From Isurus oxyrinchus (taxonomy: Eukaryota), in contig JANJGN010000026.1 of NCBI GenBank assembly GCA_026770705.1, forward strand, positions 28,272,001-28,336,000: 64,000 nucleotides of DNA, read 5' to 3'. The translations under genes and the position numbers were made by a program. Position 1 is the stretch's first letter; the number at the start of each line of letters is the position of its first letter. A model generated the notes under the pieces. It made no database searches. It was not told the DNA's origin and was given only the letters and a program-made list of their open reading frames with translations. Positions 37,828 through 52,980 of the stretch are shown here, piece by piece.

Positions 37828-39480
37828 TGTACGACAGACTCCAGTTAAAACTAATTTTAAAAGTTTTCAGGACCCTGATGTGACTCAAGTCAAAGAGGTC
37901 GTACAATGCAGGGAAGAATTCCCCTCATCCCTCACAGCAAGAAGGATTGACTTGTCCTACATGATGAGGTTTTCTATCACAAGGATAGCTTTAATTTGAC
38001 TTGGGTCACACCTCGATGCCTGCAAAAATAATTATTTTTGTTTGGGGATCAAATTGGGTTAGTGTTTCTCGTTCCAGCCCTTCACATGTTCATAATTGCT
38101 ATTGAAGGCTGAGAATGCACCAGGATGTTCGTCACTAGCCCTGTGAAATGAAAGGTTCTAATGGATATGTCCCATCTAAATGATGTCCCTGTGAAATATT
38201 GAAGATTGATTCTGTACTTTCCTGACTTTCACTAGATGGATACTGGAAAGAATATATCTTTTTATTTTCTGTTGGACTGTTGTAAATAACATATCATTTA
38301 TTTTGAAAAAACTCAGCAGATCTGGCAGCATCGGTGGAGAAGAAAAGAGTTGACGTTTCGAGTCCTCATGACCCTTCGACAGAACTAAGTAGAAATAGGA
38401 AAGGGGAGAAATATAAGCTGGTTTAAGGTGTGTGTGTGGGTTGGGGGGGGTAGTGGGTTGGGTTGGGTTGGGGGAGAGAAGTGGAGGGGGGTGTGGTTGT
38501 AGGGACAAGCAAGCAGTGATAGAAGCAGATCATCAAAAGATGTCACAGATAACAGAACAAAAGAACACATAGTTGTTGAAGTTGGTGATATATTTCCAGC
38601 ATCCGCAGTTTTTTGTTTTTATATCATTTATTTTCTTGGATTGTGGCTTTAAAACTACCAGGGCTGCAGGATGTAAAATATACAATGTTGCGATTCCCAG
38701 GAACAGAGTGCCAGGCTGGACAGCATGTGGTTGGAAAGGGGAACTGCCGAGCAACAATGTTTTAATTGGCACCTGATCAGGTGATCAAGGTTTTGTGTGA
38801 AAGCACAGTGAGCAGACAGAACAGCTCCTATCCTGCAAAGATGACATGCCTGAAACCTCTCTCTCTCCTGTATTTGAAAGATTTCAGTAATTCTGCCATA
38901 ACAGATAGCTGGCTTTTCTTCATGTCTCTTTGACCTGATTTCTTTGAAAACACCGAGCCAAAGGGAAAGGAAGAAAATCACCAGTAGAGACACCAAAAAG
39001 CAAGTTTGCAACCAGTGAACGACAGACAGAAAGTGATGGAAGACCATCTCGTGTCATTAACAATGAACTGCAAGGAATTTTGGAAGACATCAATCAAAAT
39101 CAATCCATCTAATCCCATACTCCAGATTGGTGCCATTGAACTGTTTTTACTTCACCCTTAAAGCCCATGTTTTGTATGTCTTGTATGTATATGTGTGTGT
39201 GTGTGTGTGTATAGGGATTAAGAAGGGATCGAGTTTAAGTTATAGAGTTAAAAGTTAGCAGTTCATTTTTCTTCCTATTGCCACTGGTTACAGATAATTT
39301 GTTTAATAAACACTTGTTAATTTTACAAACTTGCTGCTCGTATTCTGTTAATCTAAATTAAATTACAGTTAGGTAAAATTGGGGCAATTTGGTGGTCTAA
39401 TCAAACTTCTCACATTTGTCTCAGCTCAGGGACCAGTGGGGCTTGCTATTACATTGAGCTATCCCCAGTGAGTCGTAACA
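37828..39480 (+). mobile_element. Probable solo LTR containing a nested PLE fragment
   Basis: Ends ccccagtgagtcgtaaca, AATAAA at 39305; 5' boundary uncertain. Confidence 0.4.
38305..38620 (-). mobile_element. Penelope-like terminal fragment with hammerhead (38348-38386) and short inverted end
   Basis: Exact 14-bp TSD atatcatttatttt at 38291 and 38621. Confidence 0.85.
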
Positions 39481-42013
39481 ATACCAGGTTGATCTTTTCT
39501 ATTGAACTGTACTCAGAGTGAGTCATTCCAATTCCCATTTGGTGTTGTGATTTTTCTCTTTTATTCTAAGTGCAGCATCCCATTAATTACCATTCTATCT
39601 CATTCAGGAGTAGTGAAGGAATGTTACCGTCCAATTTGACATTCACATAATATGATGTTTTTCCATCAGACACAGAAGCATTTGCAAAACTCTCATATCT
39701 CCCGTTCTCAAACATTTTGTCTTGAGAGATACAAATGGGAATAAGCCAAACCTTTAAAAGGCAAAGTCTTTAGTTCAAATTGTCACAATGCTGTCAGTGG
39801 AAAGGGGTAACTTCTCTGATTGTTTGCAAATGGTGGAGAAAACAGTCATAAATGCACGCAATTGTGTCAACTTTATGTAACTTCATTTTCAGATCAAAGA
39901 TGAATCAAACACATTTTGAACTTTGCTTTTCCAACTCATTTGCTTTTCTATTCAACTTTGTTTTTGTTTTTATTTTGCTCTTTCTTCAGGCACCTTTTCA
40001 AATGGTAATAAAACTAAAGAAAAATAAAACTAAAAAAGTTAGCTTTCACAGAAAAGGAGAAGCTGCAACCTTCTTAGATCTGTTATGATCCTATACAGCA
40101 GATCCCCAAGTTGTTGGCAAGATCCAGTTAGGGGAAAATAATGTTTTGTCTAAAGTGGACAAGGTTTGAGATTCAAGACAGTTGTCAGAGAATAAATCCA
40201 TAAGATTCCATGGGTTTTGAACACAAAAATACATTTTCAGAACAACCTATTTTGTACTTTAACAGTCAGAGTTAATATGAGGTACATGTGAATTAACAGG
40301 CAAATGGTGGTCGAATACACCACCCTACATAACAAATGGAAAATGTGACCAAAACAGAGTCCACCAATTTCTCAATATGCATCCAGAAGTCAGTAAACAC
40401 TCTAAGTCAATCAATCTCATTGAAATTCTGTCTCTCTCACTGCTGTCTTTGTCTTCAAAGATCTCATCATGGAATCCTCTCCACAAGTCACTCCAACTCG
40501 GTAAGCATCAATGGCAACCTCTCATGGTTTCAATCTCATCTCCCAAGATTCTGTTCCCTTGGATTCCAGAGTCCTCACTCAAGCACCAACACACAAGCAC
40601 TTTAGCTCTTTGGCTGCGATGAGAGAACACTACTGCTCCAAGGCCAGCAGCAAAGAGTCACCAACCTTCTACTGTCTTCTTGAATATACAGGGCTTCTCC
40701 TGAGCACTCTTCATTAATGTCTCCTAACTTCAGCCCTTTTCCTACTTGGGGCCTCTTTCTCTGCTCTTCTCTTTTTATCTTAATTGCCAGGGACACTTGT
40801 CATCAATGGTCTCCACTCCCATTCACATGACATGGGTTTTCGCACCTTTTTCCTTTATGCACAGGTGCACTGGGCTGGTCCTCGGCCCAAAGAACTCAAA
40901 ATGCCAAACTGCACATGAGGCCTGTTGGGACTTGGAGTTCCTGGTCCCAGCTCCCAACTCCAAGGTAAGTCTGACTTTCATAACAGACCCAAAAGAGATA
41001 AAGAGGGTGGAGCTTCCCACAGCTTCTGAGAGAGCATCATAAGCTCAAGACTGAAGCTTCTCTTCAGGGAATCAAACCTTCCAGTACCGTTTACAATTGT
41101 ACAAATACATTGTAATTCATCATTAAAAGATTTATTTTCACTCAGTAGTTAAAATGTTTCACTTTTCACAGCACAGAAGCTGGCAGCATGTTAGATTAAA
41201 TACCAATCATACACTTCTCTTGTAGCTGACATATGGAAAAGATCATGTCCACTGTAGATCTGCCAGCACAGAAACCACACTGTGCTTCTGGACACACTCA
41301 GTCTGCGAGTATGTGAAGTCTTTTCAGCATGATCGCAGCAAAAGCCTTCACAGTGACACTGGGAAGTGAGATGTCCCTGTAGTTGTTTCAATCTCCTCTG
41401 TCACCTTTGTTTTTGTTTATTGTGATGATTGTTGTGTCACGCATCTCCTGTGGAACAGATCCCACCTCCTAACAGAGAAGGGCATGAGGTTGTGGCAGTA
41501 GATGGGACTTTCCATGTTTGAGCAGCACAGCTGGAAATCCATCCTTGCCGGGTGCCTTTCTGCTTGCTAAGCAATCAATGGACTTTGAGCTGAAGTGATG
41601 AGGGTTCCTCATCAAACTCAGCCATGGCAGAAAGCTGCAGGAGAGCATGAAACAAGACTGGGAGATGTCTGTCCCATGGGAGTACAGCAGTGCGACATCT
41701 GTTTACTTCTGTTGGAGAGTACTTCACCATCTGCAAACTTCAGGGGGGCAACATTGGTGATGGTCGGACCAAGCGCCTTCTTAATCCCATCATACATAGC
41801 ATGGAGACTTCTGTTATCATCGACAGTTTAGATTGCCTGAAGTTGGCTGATCTAGTATTTATTTGCTCACCATCTTCCTGTCTTCGTCAGAATATTAAAC
41901 TCCAGCCAGTTATAGGGATCGTTAACAATAGCAGAAATAAATCAAATATTGTCAGACTATCAATCCTGGATGTGATTAACAGCAGCAATAACATCAGAAT
42001 CCAACCCCTGCAG

Positions 42014-43447
42014 TCACTTATAAATTTCCTGTTGTCTCAGCAGATATCATTACTGAGGGAATCCCTTCCCACACACTGAGTAGGTGATTGGTCTCTTCCA
42101 GTGTGAACTTGTTGGCGTGCACTGAACATGGATAACTTCCTGCACCTCTTTCTACTGGAAATGCAGCTGAATGACTTCTCCTCAGTGTGACCTCGCTGGT
42201 GTCTCAGCAGGTTGGATGACTGGTTGAATCCCTTCCCACAGTCAGAGCAGGTGAATAGTCTCTCCTCAGTGTGAACTCGCTGGTGTGCCCTGAGATTAGA
42301 TGGAGACTTGAGCCTCTTTCCACAGGAATTGCAACTAAATAGTCTCTGCTCAGAGTGGATTCTCTGGTGCAACTTGAGGCTGGCTGACTGAGTGAATCCC
42401 TTCCCACACACAGAGCAGGTGAATGGCCTCTCACCAGTGTGAACTCACTGCTGTGCAATGAGGGTGGAAGAATGCCTGAAATTATTTCCACAGGAAGTGC
42501 AGCTGAATGGCCTCTCCTTGGTGTGAATTCACTGGTGTGACATGAGGCAGGTTGTCTGAGTGAATCCCTTCCCACATACAGGGCAGATGAATGGTCTCTC
42601 CTCAGTGTGAATTTGCTGGTGTGTCAGCAGGTGGGACAAGCGAGTGAATCTCTTCCCGCACTTGGAGCACGTGAACGGCCTCTGCTCAGTGTGAATTTGC
42701 TGATGTGTCAGCAGGTTGAATGACTGAGTAAATCCCTTCCCACAAACGGAGCAGGCAAATGGTCGCTCCTCAGTGTGAATTCACTGGTGGATCAGCAGGT
42801 TGAATGACTGAGTAAATCCCTTCCCACAAACGGAGCAGGTGAATGGTCTCTCCTCAGTGTGAATTCACTGGTGAGTCAGCAGGTTGAATGACTGAGTGAA
42901 TCCCTTCCCGCACATGGAACAGGTGAAGGGTCTCTCTTCATTGTGAACTCGCTGGTGTCTCAGCAGATTAGATGATTGGTTGAATCCCTTCCTACACACA
43001 GGGCAGTTGAATGGCTTCTCCCCAGTGTGAATGCGTTGATGAGTTTCCAGCTGGGGTGGCGATCTGAATCCCTTCCCACAGCCCCCGTATTTCCAAGGTT
43101 TCTCCATAGGTCTGGTGTTCTTGTGTCCCTCCAGTTTGAATGAACAGTTGAAACCTCATCCACAGACAGAACATGTGTACAGTTTCTCCCAGCTGTTTCT
43201 TCAGGCTGTTAAAGTTATTTCCACAGTCAGTGCACTGGAACAATCTCACTCCAATATGTGTCTTGGTGCTTTTCCAGTCACACTGAAGTTTGAAGTGTTC
43301 TCCCGCAGACAGAACAAACAAACATTTCTCCTTCCACATTCAAAGGATGATGATTTTTACATCCTGATGAATTGAGTGACTCTGACAGATGTCGATGTGA
43401 TGTTTGGTTCAGTTTTCTCATCTGTAAGTCGTCCCCTTCTGATTACC
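42014..43447 (-). pseudogene. Tandem C2H2 zinc-finger pseudogene (ZNF-H)
   Basis: About 13 finger units with CGA->TGA-type stops; three near-identical FTQSFNLL fingers at 42690-42930; CpG/NRF1 region at 43770-43940. Confidence 0.85.
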
Positions 43448-44619
43448 CTGTAAAATGTATTTACAGAAGTTATCATTGTTGGTACAGCATAGAAATTCAG
43501 AACAGACTATTTTAATTTCTATGGAACATTTCTTCCTTTCCATTTGTCCCAAAGCTGTCAATCCCCGTCCCACAAATGTTCCCCTCCAACGTGCCGAGAT
43601 CCAAACCCATCACACCACTTCCACCCTCCACTCCCAGTTTTCACTCTCTTTCTACTCCTGCCCGAGTTTAGTTCCTCAACCCGGTGTGCAGAGTGAGACT
43701 AAAATTAATGAATCTCTCCTGATCACTGGGACCCTGAAGTCCCACCCACTCCGTTCCGTCACCAACATGACCACGCATGCGCTCTGCAACCCGCTGAAAA
43801 TCCCTGAGGCTGCAAACGCGGGACCTGCAAGTTCTAATTCAGGGCTTGCGGCCTTCACCGGGTGTTAATGAACCCTTTCTGCCCTCCCGCCAGTTCCCCG
43901 CCGCTGCCTCTGCCCGGCTGCCGAGTGACAATCCCCTGCGTTCGCTGCAATAAATGAAGAAATTGTTGGAAATACCCAGCCGTTCCAGCAGCATCTATGC
44001 AGAGAGAAAGAGTTAATGCTTCAGGTTTAAAAATGACTGTGGTGATTATTCTGTGAAGTTTTTAAGGTGCTATCCTGAGTCCACTACTTTAAGCCAATAT
44101 TACCAACAGCTTGGATTGCCATAGCAACCTTAAGTTAAATGTAGTTAAAAATAAATAGTTTAAAGTCTGTTTCAAAGTAACACATGGAGGACTTCACAGG
44201 TTCTGTTTAGCTGTTGGGACAATTACAAAATAGTCATTTACCTCTAAATAGAGAGGGACTTGCAACAGTTTCGAGAAATGTCTTATTTTAATTATGTTTA
44301 CATGTTAGATATAAGGATTTTGTTGCAATTTTCTTCAGCTGAATTTGATAGTCAATTAACTAATAAATATATCACTTCCTCGTGTCATTGTTCAGTCTAC
44401 TCCTGAATTCAAGATTTAATGAACTGTGCTACAAAGTTTTGTTTCTTGGGAATTCTTATCTGCGATTTACTGTAATTCAGCTCCCAAATTTTTAAATTGG
44501 AGTTCCAACCAGGTCCATCCTTTTATCAGTCTGAGTAGCTACTCTTGACATCTTCTGTCTGTTTTCTGTTTTGTAACCAACTTGCGATTCACAACATTAA
44601 ATACAATATATTTTTCCTT

Positions 44620-44755
44620 AGTTCTGATGAAGAGTCATTCGGACTTGAAACATTAACTGTATTCCTCCCGCAGATGCTGTCAGACCTGCTAAGATTTTCC
44701 AGGCATTTTTGTTTTTGTTTTGGATTTCCAGCATCCACAGTTCTTTGCTTTTATT
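44620..44755 (+). mobile_element. Penelope-like terminal repeat with canonical-core hammerhead motif
   Basis: AGTT-CTGATGA-A-GAGTC-ATTCG-GACTT-GAAAC-ATT-AACT at 44620-44658. Confidence 0.8.
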
Positions 44756-46115
44756 AAGTACAATCTACAAGGTGACCAAAATCAGGCCGTGTGGAGTGAA
44801 GGGCCAAGAAGCAGAATGGATGGAAAGATGGCAACAAAACCGAAATCAGAGGGCTAGATTTACAGGGGTTTGTAGTCATCTTTCCATCCATTCTGCTCTG
44901 TGGCCTGACCTTCAACCAGACCATCAATATAAGGGGAATTAGCATCATCTCTAATACCAGGAGGAAAGCAGAATCTGTAATTATCCCGGAATGTTAACTA
45001 TATTTTTCACTATGTCCCGGGGGAGGGAGGGGGGTGGTTTGGAGGGGGGTGGTTTGGAGGGGGTGGGGAGGGTGGTGCTGATCACCCAGGGTGACAGCTC
45101 ATTGTTAACGCTTTGTTACTGATTCTGTCCCAAATGTTGTTCACTAGATTTAAAGTTCAGAGAATGTGGTGGAACTGGATGGCCAAAACTTCTTCCAGTA
45201 CCTGCAGGGTAATGCTTAGTTGAATTTCTAGAACATTGTGGCCCATACCCCAATATCTGTCAGACTGGTTGGTGTCAGACAAAATGTTGTCCACCTGATC
45301 AGATAGGTAGTGTCCCACTGTACGTCTGTGAATGTGTGCATGTGAGTGCTGTGTAAAACCTGATATCGATACAACCAGTCCCCATTTATCTTATAATAAC
45401 ATGAAGTGTCTGCTACTTTCCAGACCCCTTCCTTTCTCCTCAATATTATCCTCAGATAGTTCACAAATTCTTGTGCATATCATCCTCCAACATGTCTATG
45501 GTCTCCATCAAGAGTTCCATCTGTCTTATCAACAGATAACAATGGGATCGCTGTTATCACAGGATTAGTTCTGACATACTGTCAGTCTGATTTTAAGGCT
45601 TTCTGGATTAATACATTGATCCAGATCTTCCCATTTAACACTAAAGTAACTTCACATTCCCACCTCTGAGTCAGAAACCCCACTGCAGTCTATCCTGTTG
45701 AATGGAGATGGCTCTCCAGCTCATTTTGGGTTGATATCAGGCAGGATAGGTGTGTCCTGCTGGTCTGGCTGTCCACTCATATTGTGAGTTGTGGGAACTC
45801 ATCAAACTATCCCAGTTGAAGCCGGACCAACAGATCGGCTGGAATTAAATGGTTCCAGTCATGAAAGGAGCGTTAAACAGCCTGTGAATTCTTCCACTAA
45901 TTCACACTGTTCTCCAAGGGGTGAATTCAAAGAGAATCACACTGCACTGTGTGATTTCCTGAAATAATCCCTGCTGTCTGTCCTGAATGAATCCATTTCA
46001 GTAACAAATGTTGAAATGTTTGCTCCACACCCACAGGGTTTCATCTGTTTAAAGCCACAAATGGAAAGGTCCAGTTTTCTCCTGGAGTTTGAGACAAATC
46101 AGCTTCCAAAATGAT

Positions 46116-48248
46116 AAAAAAAAAACAAAAAAAAACAAAAAAAAACAAAAAAACAAAAAAAAAACAAAAAAAAACAAAAAAAAAACTGCGGATGCTGGAA
46201 ATCCAAAACAAAAACAGAATTACCTGGAAAAACTCAGCAGGTCTGGCAGCATCGGCGGAGAAGAAAAGAGTTGACGTTTCGAGTCCTCATGACCCTTCGA
46301 CAGAACTTGATTTCGAGTCCAAGAAAGAGTTGAAATATAAGCTGGTTTAAGGTGTGTGTGTGGGGGGCAGAGAGATAGAGAGAGAGAGAGGTGGTTGTGT
46401 AGACAAACAAGCAATGATAGAAGCAGATCATCAAAAGATGTCAGCGACAATGGTACAAAAGAACACATGGGTGTTAAAGTTAAAGTTGGTGATATTATCT
46501 AAACGAATGTGCTAATTAAGAATGGATGGTAGGGCACTCAAGGTACAGCTCTAGTGGGGGTGGGGGGAGCATAAAAGATTTTAAAATATTTAAAAATAAT
46601 GGAAATAGGTGGGAAAAGAAAAATCTATATAATTTATAGGGGAAAAAAAAGGAAAAAGGGGGAAACAGAAAGGGGGTGGGGATGGGGGAGGGAGCTCACG
46701 ACCTAAAGTTGTTGAATTCAGTATTCAGACCGGAAGGCTGTAAGGTGCCTAGTCGGAAGGTGAGGTGTTGTTCCTCCAGTTTGCGTTGGGCTTCACTGGA
46801 ACAATGCAGCAAGCCAAGGACAGACATGTGGGCAAGAGAGCAGGGTGGAGTGTTAAAATGGCAAGCGACAGGGAGGTTTGGGTCATTCTTGCGGACAGAC
46901 CGCAGGTGTCCTGTTTACGTTTGGTCTCTCCAATGTAGAGAAGACCACATTGGGAGCAACGAATGCAGTAGACTAAGTTGGGGGAAATGCAAGTGAAATG
47001 CTGCTTCACTTGAAAGGAATGTTTGGGCCCTTGGACGGTGAGGAGAGAGGAAGTGAAGGGGCAGGTGTTACATCTTTTGCGTGGGCATGGGGTGGTGCTA
47101 TAGGAGGGGGTTGAGGAGTAGGGGGTGATGGAGGAGTGGACCAGGGTGTCCCGGAGGGAGCAATCCCTACGGAATGCCGATAAGGGGGGTGAAGGGAAGA
47201 TGTGTTTGGTGGTGGCATCATGCTGGAGTTGGCGGAAATGGCGGAGGATGATCCTTTGAATGCGGAGGCTGGTGGGGTGATAAGTGAGGACAAGGGGGAC
47301 CCTATCATGTTTCTGGGAGGGAGGAGAAGGCATGAGGGCGGATGCGCGGGAGATGGGCTGGACACGGTTGAGGGCCCTGTCAACGACCGTGGGTGGAAAA
47401 CCTCGGTTAAGGAAGAAGGAGGACATGTCAGAGGAACCGTTTTTGAAGGTAGCATCATCGGAACAGATGCGACGAAGGCGAAGGAACTGGGAGAATGGGA
47501 TGGAGTCCTTACAGGAAGCGGGGTGTGAGGAGATGTAGTCGAGGTAGCTGTGGGAGTCGGTGGGTTTGTAATGGATATTGGTGGACAGTCTATCACCAGA
47601 GATTGAGACAGAGAGGTCAAGGAAGGGAAGGGAAGTGTCAGAGATGGACCACGTGAAAATGATGGAAGGGTGGAGATTGGAAGCAAAATTAATAAATTTT
47701 TCCAAGTCCCAACGAGAGCATGAAGCGGCACCGAAGTAATCATCGATGTACCGGAGAAAAAGTTGTGGAAGGGGGCCGGGGTAGGACTGCAACAAGGAAT
47801 GTTCCACATACCCCATAAAGAGACCGGCATAGCTGGGGCCCATGCGGGTACCCATAGCTATACCTTTTATTTGGAGGAAGTGAGAGGATTTTAAGAAAAA
47901 ATTGTACAGTGAGAGAACAAGTTCAGCCAGATGGCAGAGAGTAGTGGTGAATGGGGATTGTTCAGGCCTCTGTTCGAGGAAGAAGCTAAGGGCCCTCAGA
48001 CCATCCTGGTGGGGGATGGAGGTGTAGAGGGATTGGACGTCCATGGTGAAGAGGAAGCGGTTGGGGCCAGGGAACTGGAAATTGTTGATGTGACGTAAGG
48101 TGTCAGAGGAATCACGGATGTAGGTGGGAAGGGACTGGACAAGGGGAGAGAGAAGGGAGTCAGGATAATGAGAAATGAGTTCTGTGGGGCAGGAGCAAAC
48201 TGAGACGATCGGTCTACCGGGGCAGTTCTGTTTGTGTTCTGTTTCTGT
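46116..48248 (-). mobile_element. Penelope-like element (Neptune type), 5'-truncated: RT, GIY-YIG, terminal hammerhead (46269-46307)
   Basis: MDVQSLYT, GIAMGTRMG, YIDD; CPRKRCNTC linker; NLVYCIRCSQCGLLYIGET; frameshifting deletion near 46910; exact 12-bp TSD ttccaaaatgat at 46104 and 48249. Confidence 0.93.
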
Positions 48249-48522
48249 TTCCAAAATGATGCAGAGTTTCAGCCAATGAGAGAGATCCGGGCTCAGCTCC
48301 GCCCCTCATTCACCCCAATTGGTTGGAGGACCAGCAGCTCCCGCTCCAATTGGCCCGAAGCCTCCGTCAATCACTCGCCGGGCATTGTGATCTGGAGCAT
48401 GCGCAGTGCGGGCGATGTCCATGGATAGACGTTTGTTTGTCTCATCTTCAGGCGGGAAGGAGGCGAATAAGCGGAGGCAGCGTTAGGGGCAGTGGGTGGG
48501 AGGGGAGGCCTCAACGCCATAA

Positions 48523-49381
<859 letters not shown>

Positions 49382-52089
49382 TGGATTTTGCTGTTAATCA
49401 CATCCAGGACTGAACCATGTTCATTGTTGTCTGTTTTTACTGATGTTAATAAACTCCAACCCAGTTATCATAGTTAATATTCTGGATAAAATTCAAATAA
49501 AATCAGCTTTGTATTAAACACAGTGTGTTGAATCTTTTTAATATCTCTAACACATTAATTCCTTTTGAATTTCTCTCCCCCATCTCCTTCATCCTCACTT
49601 CCCAACAACAAGCGCAAGGAGTTCAAGGAGCTTTTCTGTCACTAAGATTGGGACAATCTGATCAGCTGCCTCTGCTGCTTCCCTCTCTTCCACTAGCCCA
49701 CCGGGACAAACTCCCTCTGAAGTTTTCTCTTCTCTGAGCCCTGAACTCGCATCTTTCTCCAGTTTCTCTCCTTTCTTCTAACTTCCTCAAAGTTCATCTT
49801 GTTCATGAGACCTGCCTTCTGCTCCCTTGACCCTATTCTCACTAAACTGCTGACCACCCAACATCCCCCCAACAATAGGGCCCTCCATTGGCCCTTCATG
49901 GAGACATGAAGTACAAAAGCAAGGAAGTCACACTGAAACTTTATAAATTACTTTTTAATCCTCAGCTCAAATATTGTGTTCAGTTCTGAGCACCACACTT
50001 CAGGATATATGTCAAGGCCTTGGAGCGAGTACACGGAAAATTGACCAGAATAGTACCAGGGATGAGGGGTTTCCGTTATGTGGAGAGACTGTAGAAGCTG
50101 GGATTGTCTATTTAGAGCAAAGAAGAGTGATTCAATAGAGGTGTGGACATTTTTGTATAATTTTTATCAAATCAAGAGAAATTGTTTTCATTGGCAGGAC
50201 GGATGGTAAACACAGAACACAGATTTAAAATAATTACCAAAGTCCAGGATGGAGATGAGGAGAGATTATTTTACACAGTGAGTTCTGATGATCTGGAACA
50301 CATTGTCTGAATGACTGGTGGAAGCAGATCCAATGGTAACTCCCAGAAGGGATTTGGACTTTTACTGAAAAAGGAAAGATTTTCAGGGCTCAGGAGAAAG
50401 GTCAGGGGAATTGGACAGAATGGGAACATTTTCAGAGAGACAGTACAGACACAATGGGCTGAATGGCCACCTTCTGAGCTCGATGAATCGATCGTATGGT
50501 GTTTATTATGAATCATTATCCCATTATAGAATCACATGATCTCATCACGGTGCAGCATAGAAGGAGGCCACTCAGCTCATCGAATCTGCACTGGCTCTTT
50601 CTAAGAACAATCCAGTTAATCCCACTACCCCATTCTTTCCCCATATCCCTGGGTGAGGTTTCAGCCGATCATTTGGCCCGTCAAGGCACAAGCCCAGTCA
50701 CATTGGAGAGAAACTGTGTTAATGTGGGGACAGTGGGAAGGGATTCATTTGAGTTAGGAAGTCATCAGCACATGCACACCGGGGAGAGGCTGTTCACCTC
50801 CTCCATGTGTGGGAAGGGTTTCACTCGGTTAACCAGCCTCTGAACACACCAGTGAGTTCATACTGGAGAGAGAGAGGGTTTAAACGCTTAGATTGTGACA
50901 AGAGTACCTGGATGAGCACTTGGCACGTCATAACATTCAAGGCTAGGTCAGGTGTTTCTTACGTGTCGGTGCAGACTCGATGGGCCAAAGGACCTCCTTT
51001 GCACTGTGATTCTGTGAAAAGCATTGTTCCTATTTTATAGTCTCAGTGTAATTCAGGACTTCCCAAACTGAGGTTCTGTGACCCCCGGTGGGATCAGAAA
51101 TGAGATTTCACGCTTGCAAGCTCTGTGGCAGCAATGGCTGCCGCGTAGCTCCAACTGCTTCCTGACAGCTGTGAGGCCCCTTTAAATCCAACAAGTTTTT
51201 TTTGTTGTTGGGCACAGCCCAATGGACCCAGTTGAGGCACAGTTGCTGCTGCAAAAAAAGCTTATGAAAAGGTCAGTGTTCATTTTTTTTCTGGAAAGCT
51301 GATTTTTTCAATAAACAGGATTACAATGTATTAACAATCAGGATAATAATATTTTAATATTCAGGATTGTAATATATTAATACTCAGGATTGTAATATAT
51401 TAATAATCAGGATCATAATGTACTCATAATCAGGATCACAATGTATTAATAAGCTGGATCATAATGTATCAGTAATCAGGATACTGTTAGAGATTAATAA
51501 TCAGAATCCCACTGCATCAACAATGAAATCCTATTATATTAATAATCAGAGTCCAATTTAAGATTCAGGGCAATGTGTGACATTACCAAATCGAAACAAG
51601 GATAACTTTCATTCTCCTTAACTTTGTGTCTATCTTCACCATGAGTGAGTCTGGATAACATTTTCACCAATCTGATCCACATACTGTCGAGGTGCAGTCA
51701 CTATCTAACACGGCACAGTTGAATTTGTCTGTGACTAAGGAATTCATCATTGGACTAGACCAAAGCTCTTTGTGACTCGTACAATTCCTTCAGAGTGATC
51801 ATTCTAATTATCTTCAGCCTCAGAATTCTCTGTGTCACACATCACTTCTGTTAAGCTCCAATAGTTGTTTAGAAATGAAGACAAAAACCAAGACAGACTC
51901 CTTCAGACCGAGTTTTATTTTTTGTCAAAACTCTCCACAGCCCCCACTAGTCTCAGCTGTTAACACTTTTGTACAACTAAACGGGTACTTAGCTAAACAA
52001 ATAATAATTATCAATTGAACTTCTTTAACTGTTTACTTCCCTAACAGATTCCCCTCTTATAAAGAAAGTAACTCTTAAGTTTATATAAT

Positions 52090-52980
52090 AACATATGTAA
52101 AAAGCAAGAGGGTAGCCAGGGAAAGGCTAGGCCCAATCAGGGACACAGGTGGGAATCTGTGTGTGGAGCCAGAAGAAATGGGAGAGTTATTCAATGAGTA
52201 CTTCTCATCAGTATTCACCAAAGAGAAGGACTTAGTGGTCGATTTGTCTGGGGAAGAGTGTGTAGATAGCCTGGATCATGTTGAGATCAAAAAAGAGGTG
52301 TCTGCGTCTTGAAGAATATTGAGGTGGATAAGTCCCCAGGGCCAGATGGGATCGACCCCAGGCTACTGAGGGAGGCAAGGGAGGAGATTGCTGGGGCCTT
52401 GACAGAAATCTTTGCATCCTCACTGGCTACAGGTGAGGTCCCAGAGGATTGGAGAATGGCTAATGTTGTTCCATTGTTTAAGAAAGCAGGGATAATCCAG
52501 TATATTACAGGTCGGTGAGCCTTACATCAGTGGTAGGGAAATTATTGGAGAAGATTCTCCGTGACAGGATTTACTACCATTTGGAAGCAAATGGGCATTA
52601 TTAGTGAGAGGCAGCATGTGAAGGGGAGGTTGTGTCTCACTATGTTGATCGAATTCTTCAAGGAAGTGACAAAGATGATCGACGATGGAAGGGCTGTGGA
52701 TGTTATATACATGGATTTCAGTCAGGCCTTTGACAAGTCCCTCATGGCAGACTGGTACAGAAGGTAAAGTTGCACGGGATCAGAGGTGAGCTGGCAAGAT
52801 GGATACAGAATTGGCTTGGTCATAGAAGACAGAGGGTAGCAGTGGAAGGGTGCTTTTCTGATGGACAGCTGTGACTAGTGGTATTCTGCAGGGATCAGTG
52901 CTGCGACCTTTGCTGTTTGTAGTATATATAAATGATTTGGAGGAAAATGTAACTGGGCTAATTAGTAAGTTTGGTGATTG
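52090..52980 (+). mobile_element. CR1 LINE internal fragment
   Basis: KSPGPDGIDPRLL...VPEDWRMANVVPLFKK...DFSQAFDK. Confidence 0.85.

Noticed and set aside
46676-47830. Long alternative-frame ORFs over PLE (likewise over Tx1 and ZNF arrays)
   Set aside because: Shadow frames of the real coding sequences
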